DNA of 64,000 bases, from NCBI GenBank assembly GCA_032718475.1, contig JAUCBJ010001234.1, forward strand, positions 17,366-81,365, read 5' to 3'. This document shows, one piece after another, positions 26,501-37,100 of this stretch. The position numbers and the translations under genes were made by a program. Position 1 is the stretch's first letter. Each line of letters starts with the position of its first letter. This DNA comes from Nemertoderma westbladi. Its lineage: Eukaryota > Animalia > Xenacoelomorpha. Under the pieces are notes generated by a model, which saw only the letters and a program-made list of their open reading frames with translations, had not been told where the DNA came from and did not search any database.

Positions 26501-29500
26501 CAACGGGGCGAACTGCAAGCAATAAGTTTATCAGAAGAGAATAAAAGCATAATATTGGAGATTTTAATGGTCATGTTTCTGGTCGGAAGAATTCGCATGG
26601 AAAGGGAAGTTCTTAGCATTTGCGAGGATTCGAATCTCGAGAAAATTAATAATGTACCGGTACCACCGTCTCACAAGGATCTCATGTTCAGGCGAAAGGG
26701 AATACTGTACCACCGTCTCACAAGGATCTCATGTTCAGGCGAAAGGGAATAATGTACCACCGTCTCACAAGGTTCTCATGTTCTGGCGAAAGGGAATAAT
26801 GTACCACCGTCTCACAAGGATCTCATGTTCAGGCGAAAGGGAATATTGTACCGGTACCACCGTCTCACAAGGATCTCATGTTCAGGCGAAAGGGAATAAT
26901 GTACCGGTACCACCGTCTCACAAGGATCTCATGTTCAGGCGAAAGGAAACAATGTACCACCGCCTCACAAGGTTCTCATGTTCAGGCGAAAGGGAATAAT
27001 GTACCACCGTCTCACAAGGATCTCATATTCAGGCGAAAGGGAATATTGTACCGGTACCACCGTCTCACAAGGATCTCATGTTCAGGCGAAAGGGAATAAT
27101 GTACCACCGCCTCACAAGGTTCTCATGTTCAGGCGAAAGGGAATAATGTACCACCGTCTCACAAGGATCTCATATTCAGGCGAAAGGGAATATTGTACCG
27201 GTACCACCGTCTCACAAGGATCTCATGTTCAGGCGAAAGGGAATAATGTACCACCATCTCACAAGGATATCATGTTCAGGCGAAAGGAAATAATGTACCA
27301 CCGCTGTACCGCGGTACTGTCTCACAAGGTTCTCATGTTCAGGCGAAAGGGAATAATGTACCACCGCTGTACCGCGGTACTGTCTCACAAGGATCTCATG
27401 TTCACGTGAAAGGGAATAATGTACCGGTACCACCGTCTCACAAGGATCTCATGTTCAGGCGAAAGGGAATAATGTACCACCGCTGTACCGCGGTACCGTC
27501 TCACAAGGATCTCAAGTTCAGGCGAAAGGGAATAATGTACCGGTACCACCGTCTCACAAGGATCTCATGATCAGGCGAAAATGAATAATGTACCACCATC
27601 TCACAAGGATCTCACATTAAGGCGAAAGGGAATAATGTACCACCGCTGTACCGCGGTACCGTCTCACAAGGATCTCAAGTTCAGGCGAAAGGGAATAATG
27701 TACCGGTACCACCGTCTCACAAGGATCTCATGATCAGGCGAAAATGAATAATGTACCACCATCTCACAAGGATCTCACATTAAGGCGAAAGGGAATAATG
27801 TACCACCGCTGTACCGCGGTACCGTCTCACAAGGATCTCATGTTCAGGTGAAAGGGAATAATGTACCGGTACCACCGTCTCACAAGGATCTCATGATCAG
27901 GCGAAAGGGAATAATGTACCGGTACCACCGTCTCACAAGGATCTCATGTTCAGGCGAAAGGGAATAATGTACCGGTACCACCGTCTCACAAGGATCACAT
28001 GTTCAGGCGAAAAGGAATAATGTACCACCGTCTCACAAGGATCTCACATTAAGTCGAAAGGGAATAATGTACCACCGTCTCACAAGGATCTCATGTTCAG
28101 GCGAAAAGGAATAATGTACCACTGTCTCACAAGGATCTCACATTAAGGCGAAAGGGAATAATGTACCACCATCTCACAAGGATCTCACGTTCAGGCGAAA
28201 GGGAATAATGTACCACCGTCTCACAAGGATCTCACGTTCAGGCGAAAGGGAATAATGTACCACCGTCTCACAAGGATCTCATGTTCAGGCGAAAGGGAAT
28301 AATGTACCGGTACCACCGTCTCACAAGGATCTCATGTTCAGGCGAAAGGGAAATAATGTACCACCGTCTCACAAGGATCTCATGTTCAGGCGAAAGGGAA
28401 CCTGCTAAGTCAAATAGACTCGAAAACATGTTTGTTCAAATCGAGTGTCATTGAATAGATACGTTGGCAAACATGATGAACGATTTGTGCTCCAGTAATT
28501 ACTATTTTTAGACGATACGGTAATTTTTTGCGGAGTAGAGGGAGTTGTGCTAAGCAAATAAATATATTTATTGAATTTTGTAAGTTGTTTAACATGAAAA
28601 TTAGTAGTAAAAAAACTAAATTTATGGTAACTAATGTGAGTGAAATAGATAAAAATGAATTTGAATTCGGCGACATTATAATAAAAAATACTGACAACTA
28701 ATGTACGTTTATCTTGGTGATGTATTCTCCTCACTAGACGGACTGTTACGCACAGCAAAACGGTTACATATAGAACAGTGTGCAAAATAAGTAAATTATC
28801 AACATTAATAATGCGCTAAATTAAAATTATGTTAAATGTAAGAATTGCAACGACAAATTAACTTTATTTACTGTAGTAATAATTAATGCGGCCAACGTTT
28901 CAGCTATTATTAATTCCAATATTAAGAAATCTTTTTTGAGGTTAAAAACAATTGGACTGAAGAAGCAGCTTATTTTGCTTACGAATTATTTAATTACGTA
29001 AATAAAATAGCAATTATAATAGCAATATATAATAGCAATTATATAGTAGATAGTATATAGCCAATATAAAGAATGAGGCGATTACAAAGAGTAAATTTAC
29101 TGTAAAACGTATTTATGATTAAATCCAATAGAGTTATCGGTACATGGTTAGGTACATGTTTAGGAGAATTTAATAAATTTATACCAGATATTACGATAAA
29201 AATTGTGTCAACGTTCCGTTTGAGTTCACATTAACTAAGAGTATAATGTTGTATACTGTATAATGTATACTGTTGCTAACAGAATCAGTACGTAGAAATT
29301 TTCCGGTTGTACTTACCGATAATTTTAATCATTTTATGCAATAATTGAATAGTCCAGAATTATTGATCTTACAATTTTTAGGTGCCGTTTTACATGAACT
29401 ACAGTAGATCTGTGATTTTTCCTCTGTAATAAAATTGAGATTTACCCGGAAATTCTAATTAATTTAGTAAATAGGCCAAAGTGTATGTTTTATTGTTTTT

Positions 29501-29881
29501 ATTTTTAAGCGATTAACTACAATGTATGGACTGATACTTTTTTCTTTGGACTTGTGTTCGTTAACCGGTATTCAATTACAAATTGTAACCTACAGTAGTA
29601 TCTTGGATTTATTGTGCATATTATATTATTGTGATGAATTGTCTATTATTTATATTGATCGCCGCAAGTCAATAAGTATATATATAGCCCAACATACATG
29701 TAGCGGGGTCTATGGACTTTACCTCTATGTGAGTGTCGGTGTTGTGTTCTAGTTCTACTGATAACAAGGAACTCCATTTTAGAAGAGGAGTGAGCATGAG
29801 CAATAACTCTCCCGAATAGCTGTAGAACAGCAATACTGCAACAAGGCCCCCAAGAATAGAGAGCAGTCCGTAAACAGCCAT
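5448..29881 (-). CDS. MSRA: Peptide methionine sulfoxide reductase A, probable selenoprotein; spliced CDS join(29723..29881,23460..23647,22772..22927,20482..20577,19532..19660,5448..5538)
   Basis: Manual translation: ...VAVFGMS(TGA)[64 protein letters not shown]...QYMSAIFY...|...FYDAEG|YHQKYILKRH...ATRFNGYAG...|KWLDEEEPSLLELGVSEDQLATLRDLAEP*. All introns are GT-AG with consistent phases (0,2,2,2,2). MsrA motifs xFW, GYTGG, PTY, GDHTE, SAIFY and FY.AE.YHQKY are present. Exon 1 is the least certain. Confidence 0.9.
5527..13975. repeat. Satellite array of 41-bp and 38-bp units (~200 copies) with higher-order repeats
   Basis: Unit TCTAACCACTTACTGAAACAGATAAATAGTTAGTCAGTTCA and a 3-bp-deleted variant, head-to-tail with no spacers. 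Confidence 0.98.
14039..15476. mobile_element. Non-autonomous TIR element, Kolobok-like (TTAA target, GG-starting TIR)
   Basis: TTAA|GGGGAGATGGTACCCCAG on the left and CTGGGGTACCATCTCCCC|TGAA on the right; internal repeats with (TCTG)n that are inverted in the right half. Confidence 0.65.
16285..16510 (+). mobile_element. Possible SINE-like remnant
   Basis: GC-richer island ending in an (ACTTT)n-type tail (AACTTTACTTTA); no diagnostic internal promoter confirmed. Confidence 0.3.
16743..19301 (+). CDS. ARHGEF4: SH3-DH-PH Rho guanine nucleotide exchange factor, ARHGEF4/SPATA13/ARHGEF9 (Asef/collybistin) family co-orthologue; intronless
   Basis: 852-aa ORF with SH3 (ALWDHVTLDSEELTFRAGDVIRV...WWFG...GWF), DH (VVREVIKTEELY...IFGNMEDLY...YSIYCNNHP...FLLKPVQRICQYPLQLAELIKYT...INESKRRLE) and PH (LYLFDRLLVVCKKD). 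The symbol is a family-level assignment. Confidence 0.93.
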   Translation: MDAQVPCKSPIRRMSMRKAILVGSLYGEEENTKLIGVYAEDRQQIDNEKEDHIDYRLTRKDGLVEREGMVGNRRGTEGRHRRLGSGEMIRIERASLEEINSDGNRKGKNNMQRWSSMDRGLSKVGSGKLDTWRVKGRQQSSPESRMGGGGIEICQLTSSGPQHATSVPNFAGGGLTRRFTASEYCIKEEPRDEETFRRRVSSVDETTRYLDLDVGRVSRERDVGGQRLARIHRVCTETPDLLPVFGEIERALSMPAGIDKESSRLSRKPAASTDDPVEPNTAQTLDISRTAESRGRQKIRSLYTANRDPQINSSQEFNSSGLQRTQLRSSMPTLNRGLGFTLNVPFTATPSAKNDKEELVAKALWDHVTLDSEELTFRAGDVIRVLERTNSTWWFGAAHGRTGWFSSVHVFAFAANPVETFEDCLERLSEAHMPLTKKSLRRFSFIRRAQVREHVVREVIKTEELYGAVLLNLCHGFILEFKKRTNLFSVPAINRIFGNMEDLYELHVKLLKELRRAVLKAESMDDSLIGGCFLRFADDFELYSIYCNNHPGSCSLLAKLAEKPEYPELFEECRVRRGMPELPLGGFLLKPVQRICQYPLQLAELIKYTSPHHQDYEETKLALDAMRTVATNINESKRRLEMIGQLLKWQKTVDQWEGEPITATSSQLIKSGVAYKYVKKSPQERWLYLFDRLLVVCKKDLRGRFVYKERIDMNSCWYKSLPNGRDNHLHVLLRNAFCIYVDNASCDYHVFTSKNAKEAEAWGEAFVEELRVRTSTESPRITADASMNAERLSLTYSASFRGNQSRPVRHSVAGGARKKPLLDRKRQGQGQESGRTGLKFWQRFGSLNKLSK
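19532..19660 (-). CDS. MSRA: MsrA exon 5
   Basis: Acceptor TTTTCTCCCTCAG, donor GTTAGT; encodes YHQKYILKRHPDLLRVLGLTESQLTASHIATRFNGYAGSNGK. Confidence 0.88.
20482..20577 (-). CDS. MSRA: MsrA exon 4
   Basis: Acceptor TTTACTTTTCAG, donor GTGAGT; encodes VAQESMAEFQRQYSSKIRTKLIQLDRFYDAE. Confidence 0.9.
20578..21306. repeat. Minisatellite of 23-bp units interspersed with a 15-bp unit
   Basis: AAAAGTAAATCAATGGGGATATC repeated, with AAAACAGAGACACTG inserted about 7 times. Confidence 0.95.
21699..22508. mobile_element. hAT-like MITE
   Basis: TIR TAGTGCTGCGAACTGAA / TTCAGTTCGCAGCACTA; perfect 8-bp TSD GCAGCAAT (21691-21698, 22509-22516); subterminal (GTTTCA/GTTCCA)n. Confidence 0.88.
22772..22927 (-). 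CDS. MSRA: MsrA exon 3
   Basis: AG/GT boundaries; encodes [51 protein letters not shown]. Confidence 0.92.
23231..23405 (+). repeat. Dispersed repeat, copy 1 (copy 2 at ~52681-52870)
   Basis: Shared blocks AATAAAAAT..TCCCTCT, ATAACAGC.GATTACTCT.AAAAATAAAACTGTAACCTG, GTTTATTGTTTT, GTGCCACTGTAAC and AATTTAACATTGA. Confidence 0.75.
23460..23647 (-). CDS. MSRA: MsrA exon 2 with catalytic Sec codon (TGA at 23561-23563)
   Basis: Acceptor TTGTTTATTTTAG, donor [67 protein letters not shown]. Confidence 0.92.
23757..24200. mobile_element. hAT-like MITE
   Basis: Termini CAGAGCCG...CGGCCCTG; perfect 8-bp TSD CATTTGGT (23749-23756, 24201-24208). Confidence 0.8.
26495..28425 (+). pseudogene. Decayed LINE apurinic-like endonuclease fragment split by a minisatellite
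   Basis: Across frameshifts: IGDFNGHVSGRKNSHG / EVLSICEDSNLEKIN before the array and GNLLSQID after it, matching the GDFN, N.NG..LL..C...L...N and SQID motifs of non-LTR retrotransposon APE domains. Confidence 0.55.
26651..28400. repeat. Minisatellite with 47, 53 and ~62-bp unit variants
   Basis: AATGTACC(GGTACC)ACCGTCTCACAAGGATCTCATGTTCAGGCGAAAGGGAAT repeated about 33 times. Confidence 0.97.
29723..29881 (-). CDS. Putative first coding exon with hydrophobic signal/anchor, phase-compatible with MsrA exon 2
   Basis: MAVYGLLSILGGLVAVLLFYSYSGELLLMLTPLLKWSSLLSVELEHNTDTHIE then donor GAG|GTAAAG in phase 0. The link to MsrA is inferred. Confidence 0.55.
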
Positions 29882-30619
29882 GTTATTGATTAAACCAAAA
29901 CACTGATAGTAACTGCATTATAGCCTATACCGACCGACCATACTGTACTGTAAATTATAACAGTATGTCTATATTTACGCACCACAGTAGTATAAGTACG
30001 GTACAGTACATGTCATGATGTGCACAGTAGGCCTACAGAGAAGTGCGCCATCTACTATAGAGTAACAAGAGTTAAATCTATATGATAATCTCTACATTAT
30101 GTGTCATCATTTATTTGACCAGAACGCCGCTATTATTTTGCACAATTATTAATTGATTAAATTGTTAATGAACAGTATGTGCAGTAAACAGTTCGACGTG
30201 TAATCATATGCGCTTTAGGCTACAATAATTAGCATAATCAGCTGTGCATTCGGGTTTTATATATAACCATATGGCGTACATGTGAGTTAATGTCAACAAT
30301 ATATCGGAATTGAGTTATTTATTGAGTCATACCGCGCTGCTTTTGGCCGCACCACATCATACTGTTATAGTATTGACAAGGAATAGGGTTGGGTTGGAGC
30401 GCGAAAAAATTGTTGGGGTATAGATAAAATTGACTAAGGGGTAACAAGGTGCCCTGAATCGAATGTCGGAGTGTATTTTTTGTAGAAATACGAGGAAACG
30501 GTCAAAATGGCGGGTTTAAGTAATCACGGAAAGCCAATTTTGAAACTCTACTGTGATTGGCTGAGGCTACAGATTTGACATCACTACAAAGTGCTCTGAT
30601 AATTTTTTATCTTGGTTTC

Positions 30620-31915
30620 TGTAAAAGCTTCTGTGGGATATAACTGGCCCCTTTGCTTCGCAATCCAGTTTCCCCCCAGGCGCTGGAATACTCTAAAAAG
30701 GTTCTATAACTGTATAAATATTCCCCTCGCCCTCAAGGTACCGTTACAGGTGTTTTAACGGACATAAAAGTCATTTTGCTATATACGTGTTTTAGCGGAC
30801 ATGGTAAGACAAAAAACCTGCAATGTGGCAAATACCTTTCATAGCTTAGCCGTGATGATTCATATTACAACATCTAACAGCTGGTTGCTGACATGGAAAC
30901 AGCCATTGGACGCATAGTTCTTTGTTTGGCTTGAGCCAATCAGAGCGATTTTTCCTGTCGACGTGTAGCTTTTCGGTCGATCATAAGGAGAGTGTTCAGT
31001 CTTACTGTTTTTTTTTCTTGATACTTTGTTGTTATTGCTGTCTAGGCCAGGAACAACGGCTCTAGAATCAATTCGTTTCATACTTTTATAAGAAACATTA
31101 GTAGGCTAAAATTATAGAGCGTATGACTGTTAACAATTCATATATCAACTCAATTCTTATCACTTCAATGCAATTCAATTCATATCAACTGGTTTCTATT
31201 TTTATATTATCGGTTCAATATACATTATTATACTGCTGTTTACTATTGTGTTTGGTTGAATATTATTTGGAGAACATATATAAAGAACCCAAATTTCCCA
31301 ATTTTCTTGATACACTACAGGTTAGAGAGACGGGTTATATATAGCGATTGCGACTTATATTGTTGTGGTTTGTAGTGAATTTAATGCTATTTGATAAGCA
31401 CTACATTGGTCCGTTGCTATTCTCTTTATATATGATAAAATTCATTAACGGTCGGCAAATTAGTGAGCAGTATTGTGTGTTACCGGTAGTGTGCATGATT
31501 GTGATTGATAACTAAGCATTTCCTAAAGAATGCGCCTCATACGTGAATCTTAAGCCTTACCGACTTACCGTTGTGATTAGTGTAAGTCATATCTCTGTTT
31601 ACCTAGATAGAGCGCAACGTCCTAAAGGAACTGTTAATATTTCCCGAAAGTAAATAATATTAGTCAGAAATTAATTATTAACGATCAATCGAATAATACA
31701 ATACCGTAAGCTTCACTGCAATAATAATTTAAGCCGACAGAATCCAGTCTCCTGGGATTATCCAGCGGGTGAATGGACGCGCACTAGGCTGGCTTCTGCT
31801 AATGTTGTGTTTATTGGTACTAAATATTTGTCTTCTTCTAAAAGTATATTTATAAACCAAAAGACATATAAATTTTGGCAGGTTAAACTGCTAAAGGTCT
31901 TCAAAAGCGCGTACA
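30620..31915 (+). repeat. 5' LTR
   Basis: Direct repeat of 48121-49416; three substitutions seen by eye (30869, 31616, 31753). CCAAT at ~30936 and TATAAG at 31087-31092. Confidence 0.97.
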
Positions 31916-31926
31916 ATAACAGTCAT
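31916..31926 (+). other. Primer-binding-site position, non-tRNA type (ATAACAGTCAT)
   Basis: Directly follows the LTR-terminal CA; no TGG; 31917-31926 is the exact reverse complement of LTR 31123-31132. Confidence 0.55.
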
Positions 31927-34148
31927 TGACTTTATTGCAGTAAGCAATAAAGTTGAAAGTACCGGTCAACCGGTAAACCTGAACCGGTACTTCTGTAGGT
32001 CAGTAGGCCCAACTGCCAGAACCGGTACTGCTGTAGGTCCGTAGGTCCAACTGCCAGAACCGGTACTTCTGTAGGTCCGTAGGCCCAACTGTCCTAACCG
32101 GTACTTCCAGTATAAGTACATTAGTATTATTCGATTTGATTATTGTATACCGGTAGGTCTCGATATTAAATCGGGGACGCCTGGTTTTTATTGGGATTTT
32201 ACTTAGGTCTATTTCTGTCAGTTTTATTTCCTAGTAAGTTAATATTGAGCTGAAGACGTGTAAGTCTGCTCAGATTGTTCAGATAATTGTAGGCCGGACT
32301 GTTGTCAGATTGTTGTTGGGTTTGGAGAGATTACGGCGTGTGTGGAGTTTGTCCGATAGAGTGCCAGTTAGTAAGTTGGGGCAGCCATTGCTGTAAGGTC
32401 AATCCCCTCTTAAAGAATAAGTCGTACTACCGTGTTAGAACGCATACTAACTAACAATTTTGGAATCTGCACATACTGTAGTTTATTTAGGCTTGACAGT
32501 ATTCTGCCAGCGTTTTGGCTTGTGTTTGTTTGTGTGGTCTGTTCAGATACCGTAATAGTTATTACTCAGATATTTTGTAGGCTGGATTGTTGTCTAGCTA
32601 TTATTAGGTCTGAAGAGATTGCTGCTTGTGTAGAGTTTGTCTGATAAAGTGCCAGTTAGTAAGTTGGGGCAGTCATAACTGTAAGGTCAATCCCCTCTTA
32701 AAGAATAACCCGTACTACCGTGTTAGAACGCATACTAACTAACCGTTTTGGAATCTGCACATACAGTAGTTTATTTAGGCTTGGTGGTAGTCTGCCAGCG
32801 TTTGGTTTGTATTTTGTTTGAGTATCCTGTACGGGTAGCGTAATATTTATTATTCAGAGTTTATGCGATTATTCGCAACATTCATGTCCCCAAGTTTATT
32901 CCTACAGTAATTGTGTTTGTTACACATACCGTTATAGTTAAATTAACCCCGGTACTACACGGGCTGCTTGGCGTAGGACAAGACTGGTGACTTTGTGCTC
33001 TGGTCACTCCAGCAGATGCCGTGGTTCTTTTAACTGTTCAAGTATATTTAACTACTGATTATTTGTTGTACCAGTACTTGTACCTAATTTAGGGTTTAGT
33101 GTACAGTGCTTTCCGAAAGTAATTAGTGTGTAGGCAATTATATTTGTGTTGTAAAGTGGTTAATAGGCACGCTGGATCTGGTAGTCCGCGGTAATTAACT
33201 TCCAGGTAGGAACACTCCGTGATACATAACGTAGTACCTATAGCGATACGGCTATAGGTCGTCAGGCGGTGGTATTTTCCTATCTGGACAGCGCAGTGTA
33301 TTTACTACTACTTATTATTTTCAAATACCGTAGTACCCTGTCCGTTGTAATAACCAGAATTCTAACCCTTTGTTAGACTGGTTTGTAGACTTCTTGTAAA
33401 ATTACCCTAAAAATTCGTACGTAATAATTTTTGTTGTGTTTAACTAGAGATTTAATCTCACCCGTATCGTAAGTAATTTGTAGTATTAAGTAACTTAGGT
33501 AAATTAGAAATATCAGTTTTAGTGTCAAATAAATAGCACTTCACTGAGAGCGCACAGCTTCTGTGTAGTGACCCCCAGAAATAATAACATTTATTTCAAA
33601 TATTGACAAAACCCATTTTAAACGGGTATATATCTATTATAAATCAATTCAAACGATTTATAAATAGTAGGCCTGCCATACAACAACTAGGTCTAAAATT
33701 CAGTTGGACTACTGCTTAAATAACGGTAATAAAGTAAGTTAAAGTAACCAAGTAACCCTAAATATTCAGAAAATCAATTATTCTAAAATAATTGACATAC
33801 CGGTATTTATCATAGGCTTATTATATTTATTTCTATAAATTTGAGCTGAAATCATACCGGTATTCTGTAATAATTCTAGTTCATAATTATACTTATATAT
33901 ACTATAAGTGTAAGCTGTATACCGGTATTCACGATAGGCCTATTATATATTTATATATATTTGTGCTAAAATTATATACCGGTACTCTGTGACAAACCTA
34001 GTTTACAATACTTATATATATATTATAAGCGCATACTGGTATTCTAATACTGTAATAAATTACCGGTACTAGGCCAACGGTCATACTGAATTACTAGACT
34101 TGCTTTAACTGTAACTATAGCAGTAGGCATTCAACTGTATAGCTAAAC

Positions 34149-37100
34149 ATGTCTGACACTCAGCAAACCCTGTCAGACAGCCTAATCGATACAACCATCT
34201 GTGACACAGATAGGAGTGTTGAGCGATTAAGAAAGGAGTTCAGCTCACCTCCTACTGAAAGAAAAGTCATCCCTCCAGTAGTGATATCGGACCCTAAGCT
34301 AATCCAACACCGTAGGTCCATCATCGGCACTCGGGCTCAAGTCAAACGGAACCAGGAAGCAGCTGTCCCACAGCAGCAACAGCCTAGTCAAGAAACTTGT
34401 TCCCAGCGATCAGATAGCTCCAGTAGTTCGGATACTGTCGAACTGACCCCCGAACGTGGATTGCAGATGACAGCTAAAGCTTACTCGGACCCCCTTCTCA
34501 CCCTTCCTGCCGCAGTGCTAACAACTATATTGATTGCGGTGGAAGAACATCAAGCAGATTGGGTGAGAAATAAGCGAGCGACCCAAGATAATTATGCGGG
34601 ATACGCCAGGGAAGAATTGATGTCTATTGTCGAGTCACAATGGAACTTTCCCGGACCCGGACTCCCGTTGGATCTGTCCGAGGCTACTTGGGAAGATATA
34701 CACAGGATGGGAGTGGCTAAAGATACGATGGATCCAGCTGTTTGGAAGAGGTCGGCAGCAGGATATGTGCAGGGATTCTTCGGCTCCTTAGAGAGATTAG
34801 AAGAACAACTGTTTCGACAACCACAAGGACCTCAAGAGCAGGAAGAACTGCTATATCAAGTACGCGAAAGAACCCTACGCATTCGACTAATCCTATCAGC
34901 TTTTGAGGAAACTTCCAAAAGAAGACAGGACACGTCACTGCAGGTTGCTGTCAAAACTTGGTTCCAGCGGATAGGTCTCCAAATCCAAGAAACAGACCAG
35001 TGGAAATCCCAGCTGTCTGAGAGACTAACTTATGAAGAACCAACCGATGCCACCCTTTCTCAAGTGGAAGGCGAAGAGACCTCAGAGAAACCACGAGCGA
35101 GAGACGCCATAGACATTTACCTGTCCGACTATCAGCGATTCCTAGGAGACGAAGAATTGAGGAGACGGCTGTCTGGACTTTCCCCCAATAGTGAAGGAAC
35201 CCAGCGTGTGTTAGATTCAATCGATGCTGAAATGTTAGCTGCTAACCAAGCAGAATTTGATGAAAAACTCCGCCTCGCTAGAGTCCAAGAAGAAAAAGTA
35301 AAGAAAAGACGGATAGAGGAACAAAAGGCGGCGGCTACGGCAGAAGCAGAAGTAGAAAGAAAAGCAGCGGCGGCAGAAGCAAAGGCGGAAAGAGCAGTGG
35401 CAGAAGCAGAACGGAGAGCATTTGAGCAGACTACCCAACTGGAGTTGGACAATCTGCAAGAGACGCAAGACAACATAAATAAACAGTTAACTGCTAGTCA
35501 CATGCAGATGATGAGAAAATCTACTCCCAAACGCCAGGGATACACATCCTCGGAAGAAAGTGAAACCACCGATCCTGAAGGCGGAGGAAATAGATCTCGT
35601 CTAAGCAGGCGTAGAAAAACATCTCATCGTCACAAATTGCCTGATTTGCCCCCAGCTGTTAGAAGACAACTAGCAAGCACAGACTTAGCGAGTACGGAAC
35701 CCACATACCAAACTATTCAGGTCAAAAGACTCCCTACAATAGTTGATGAGCCTGAAATAATTAGGCCTGTCGTTTCCAAAGTCACACCTGTGCTAGAGAC
35801 CCCTGTATTTCCAGAGCTTAACTCTAAGTTCCCTTTACACAGTACTACACCGCCTGTACCCGGTAGAACAGTCCATGAGAATATCCCTATCCTGGAAGCT
35901 GAGAGAGACATCAAAGATTTGTCTCCCGTCGTCCCACGTCAGCCCGCTACAATGTTGGCGACTCCCGCTTCGGCGGTCGAGTGGGTAGAGGAGGGACGGC
36001 GGGGGATGAATCTCCTGCTCGGACAGATGCAGGAGACTGTCCACCAGCTTAAGGGAACAGTAAGGGAAGGTAGAGCAGAGTTGCAAGAAGTGCAGCAAAG
36101 TATCGCGCTAGAACGCGACAAATTAGTCAATATCCAAAAGGGGATACCAATACCCCCTGTAAAATTGTGTCAACCTGTTAGGTCTGAAGTATTACATGCG
36201 CAAGGTGTGGAGCCTACACGCATCTATACTGCTAGTGAAGTAGAAACTCCTATAGCAAACCCTATTAAGGGTGATTATAGACCTGTTATTAATGATATTC
36301 CCTATAGACCTGATACTGATCCGAGAAATTTATATACCGATAATTCGATATTAAATAACACGATGGCCCAAGAAAGCTTTACGCGGCAGATGGCTAGAAC
36401 AGAAGCCCGCCAAGCGGTCAAAGTGGGAGAGATCGTCAAATTCAATGGAGATGAGATGAAATGGTTACCTTTCAACGAATATTACAAAGACAGCATACAG
36501 AACTCTGTGCTATCTAACGGAGAGAAACTTAGGTTCCTCATCAAGTGCTTGGAAGGACCTCCCAAGTTAATGGCGTTAAAGTTTATTGGACATCCAGAAG
36601 GATTAAGACAAGTATGGGATACATTAAACATCAGGTATGGTAATAAGGATAACATAGCTAAGTATTTGTATGCAAAATTAGTAGCCCCCCGACACTTCCT
36701 TAGTAGCGGGATTATAGAGTTTTCCGATGAAATTCAGGAGATCTGTAGACAATTGGACTGGTTGGGTAAGTCTTATGAATATCAGAGTTCAATGGTTATT
36801 GGAGCCGTAGTCTCTACTTTACCAAAAGGTGGAGTATGTACACGCTGGGACAAGAAAGTGTTGTACATGAATGAACAACAACGACGAAGTCCTACCATGG
36901 CTGATCTCATGTCCTTCTTAGATGGTGAGGTAAAACTACAACTCATCAAGCAGTCCAGAGAGAAAACATCGGAAAATAAGGTAAGTGAGAAACCCGCTTC
37001 TAGGAGAAGAATAACACCGGTGTGTTACACTGACGACGGCGAAAGCCAAGTTTCTCAAGAAGAGGACAGCGGGAAAGATACTGAGCGATCTTACTACGTC

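Noticed and set aside
26651-28450. Third splice-acceptor-seeded array (TCTCATGTTCAG|GCGAAAG)
   Set aside because: The flanks are better explained as a LINE endonuclease remnant, and no + strand host gene could be assembled.
28728-28765. Penelope-type hammerhead ribozyme (CACTAGACGGACTGTTACGCACAGCAAAAC)
   Set aside because: The CUGAnGA and GAAA cores are both degenerate; at best a dead remnant.
30860-31344. Duplicated 73-aa ORFs (also at 48361-48845)
   Set aside because: Identical only because they lie in the LTRs; no protein features.
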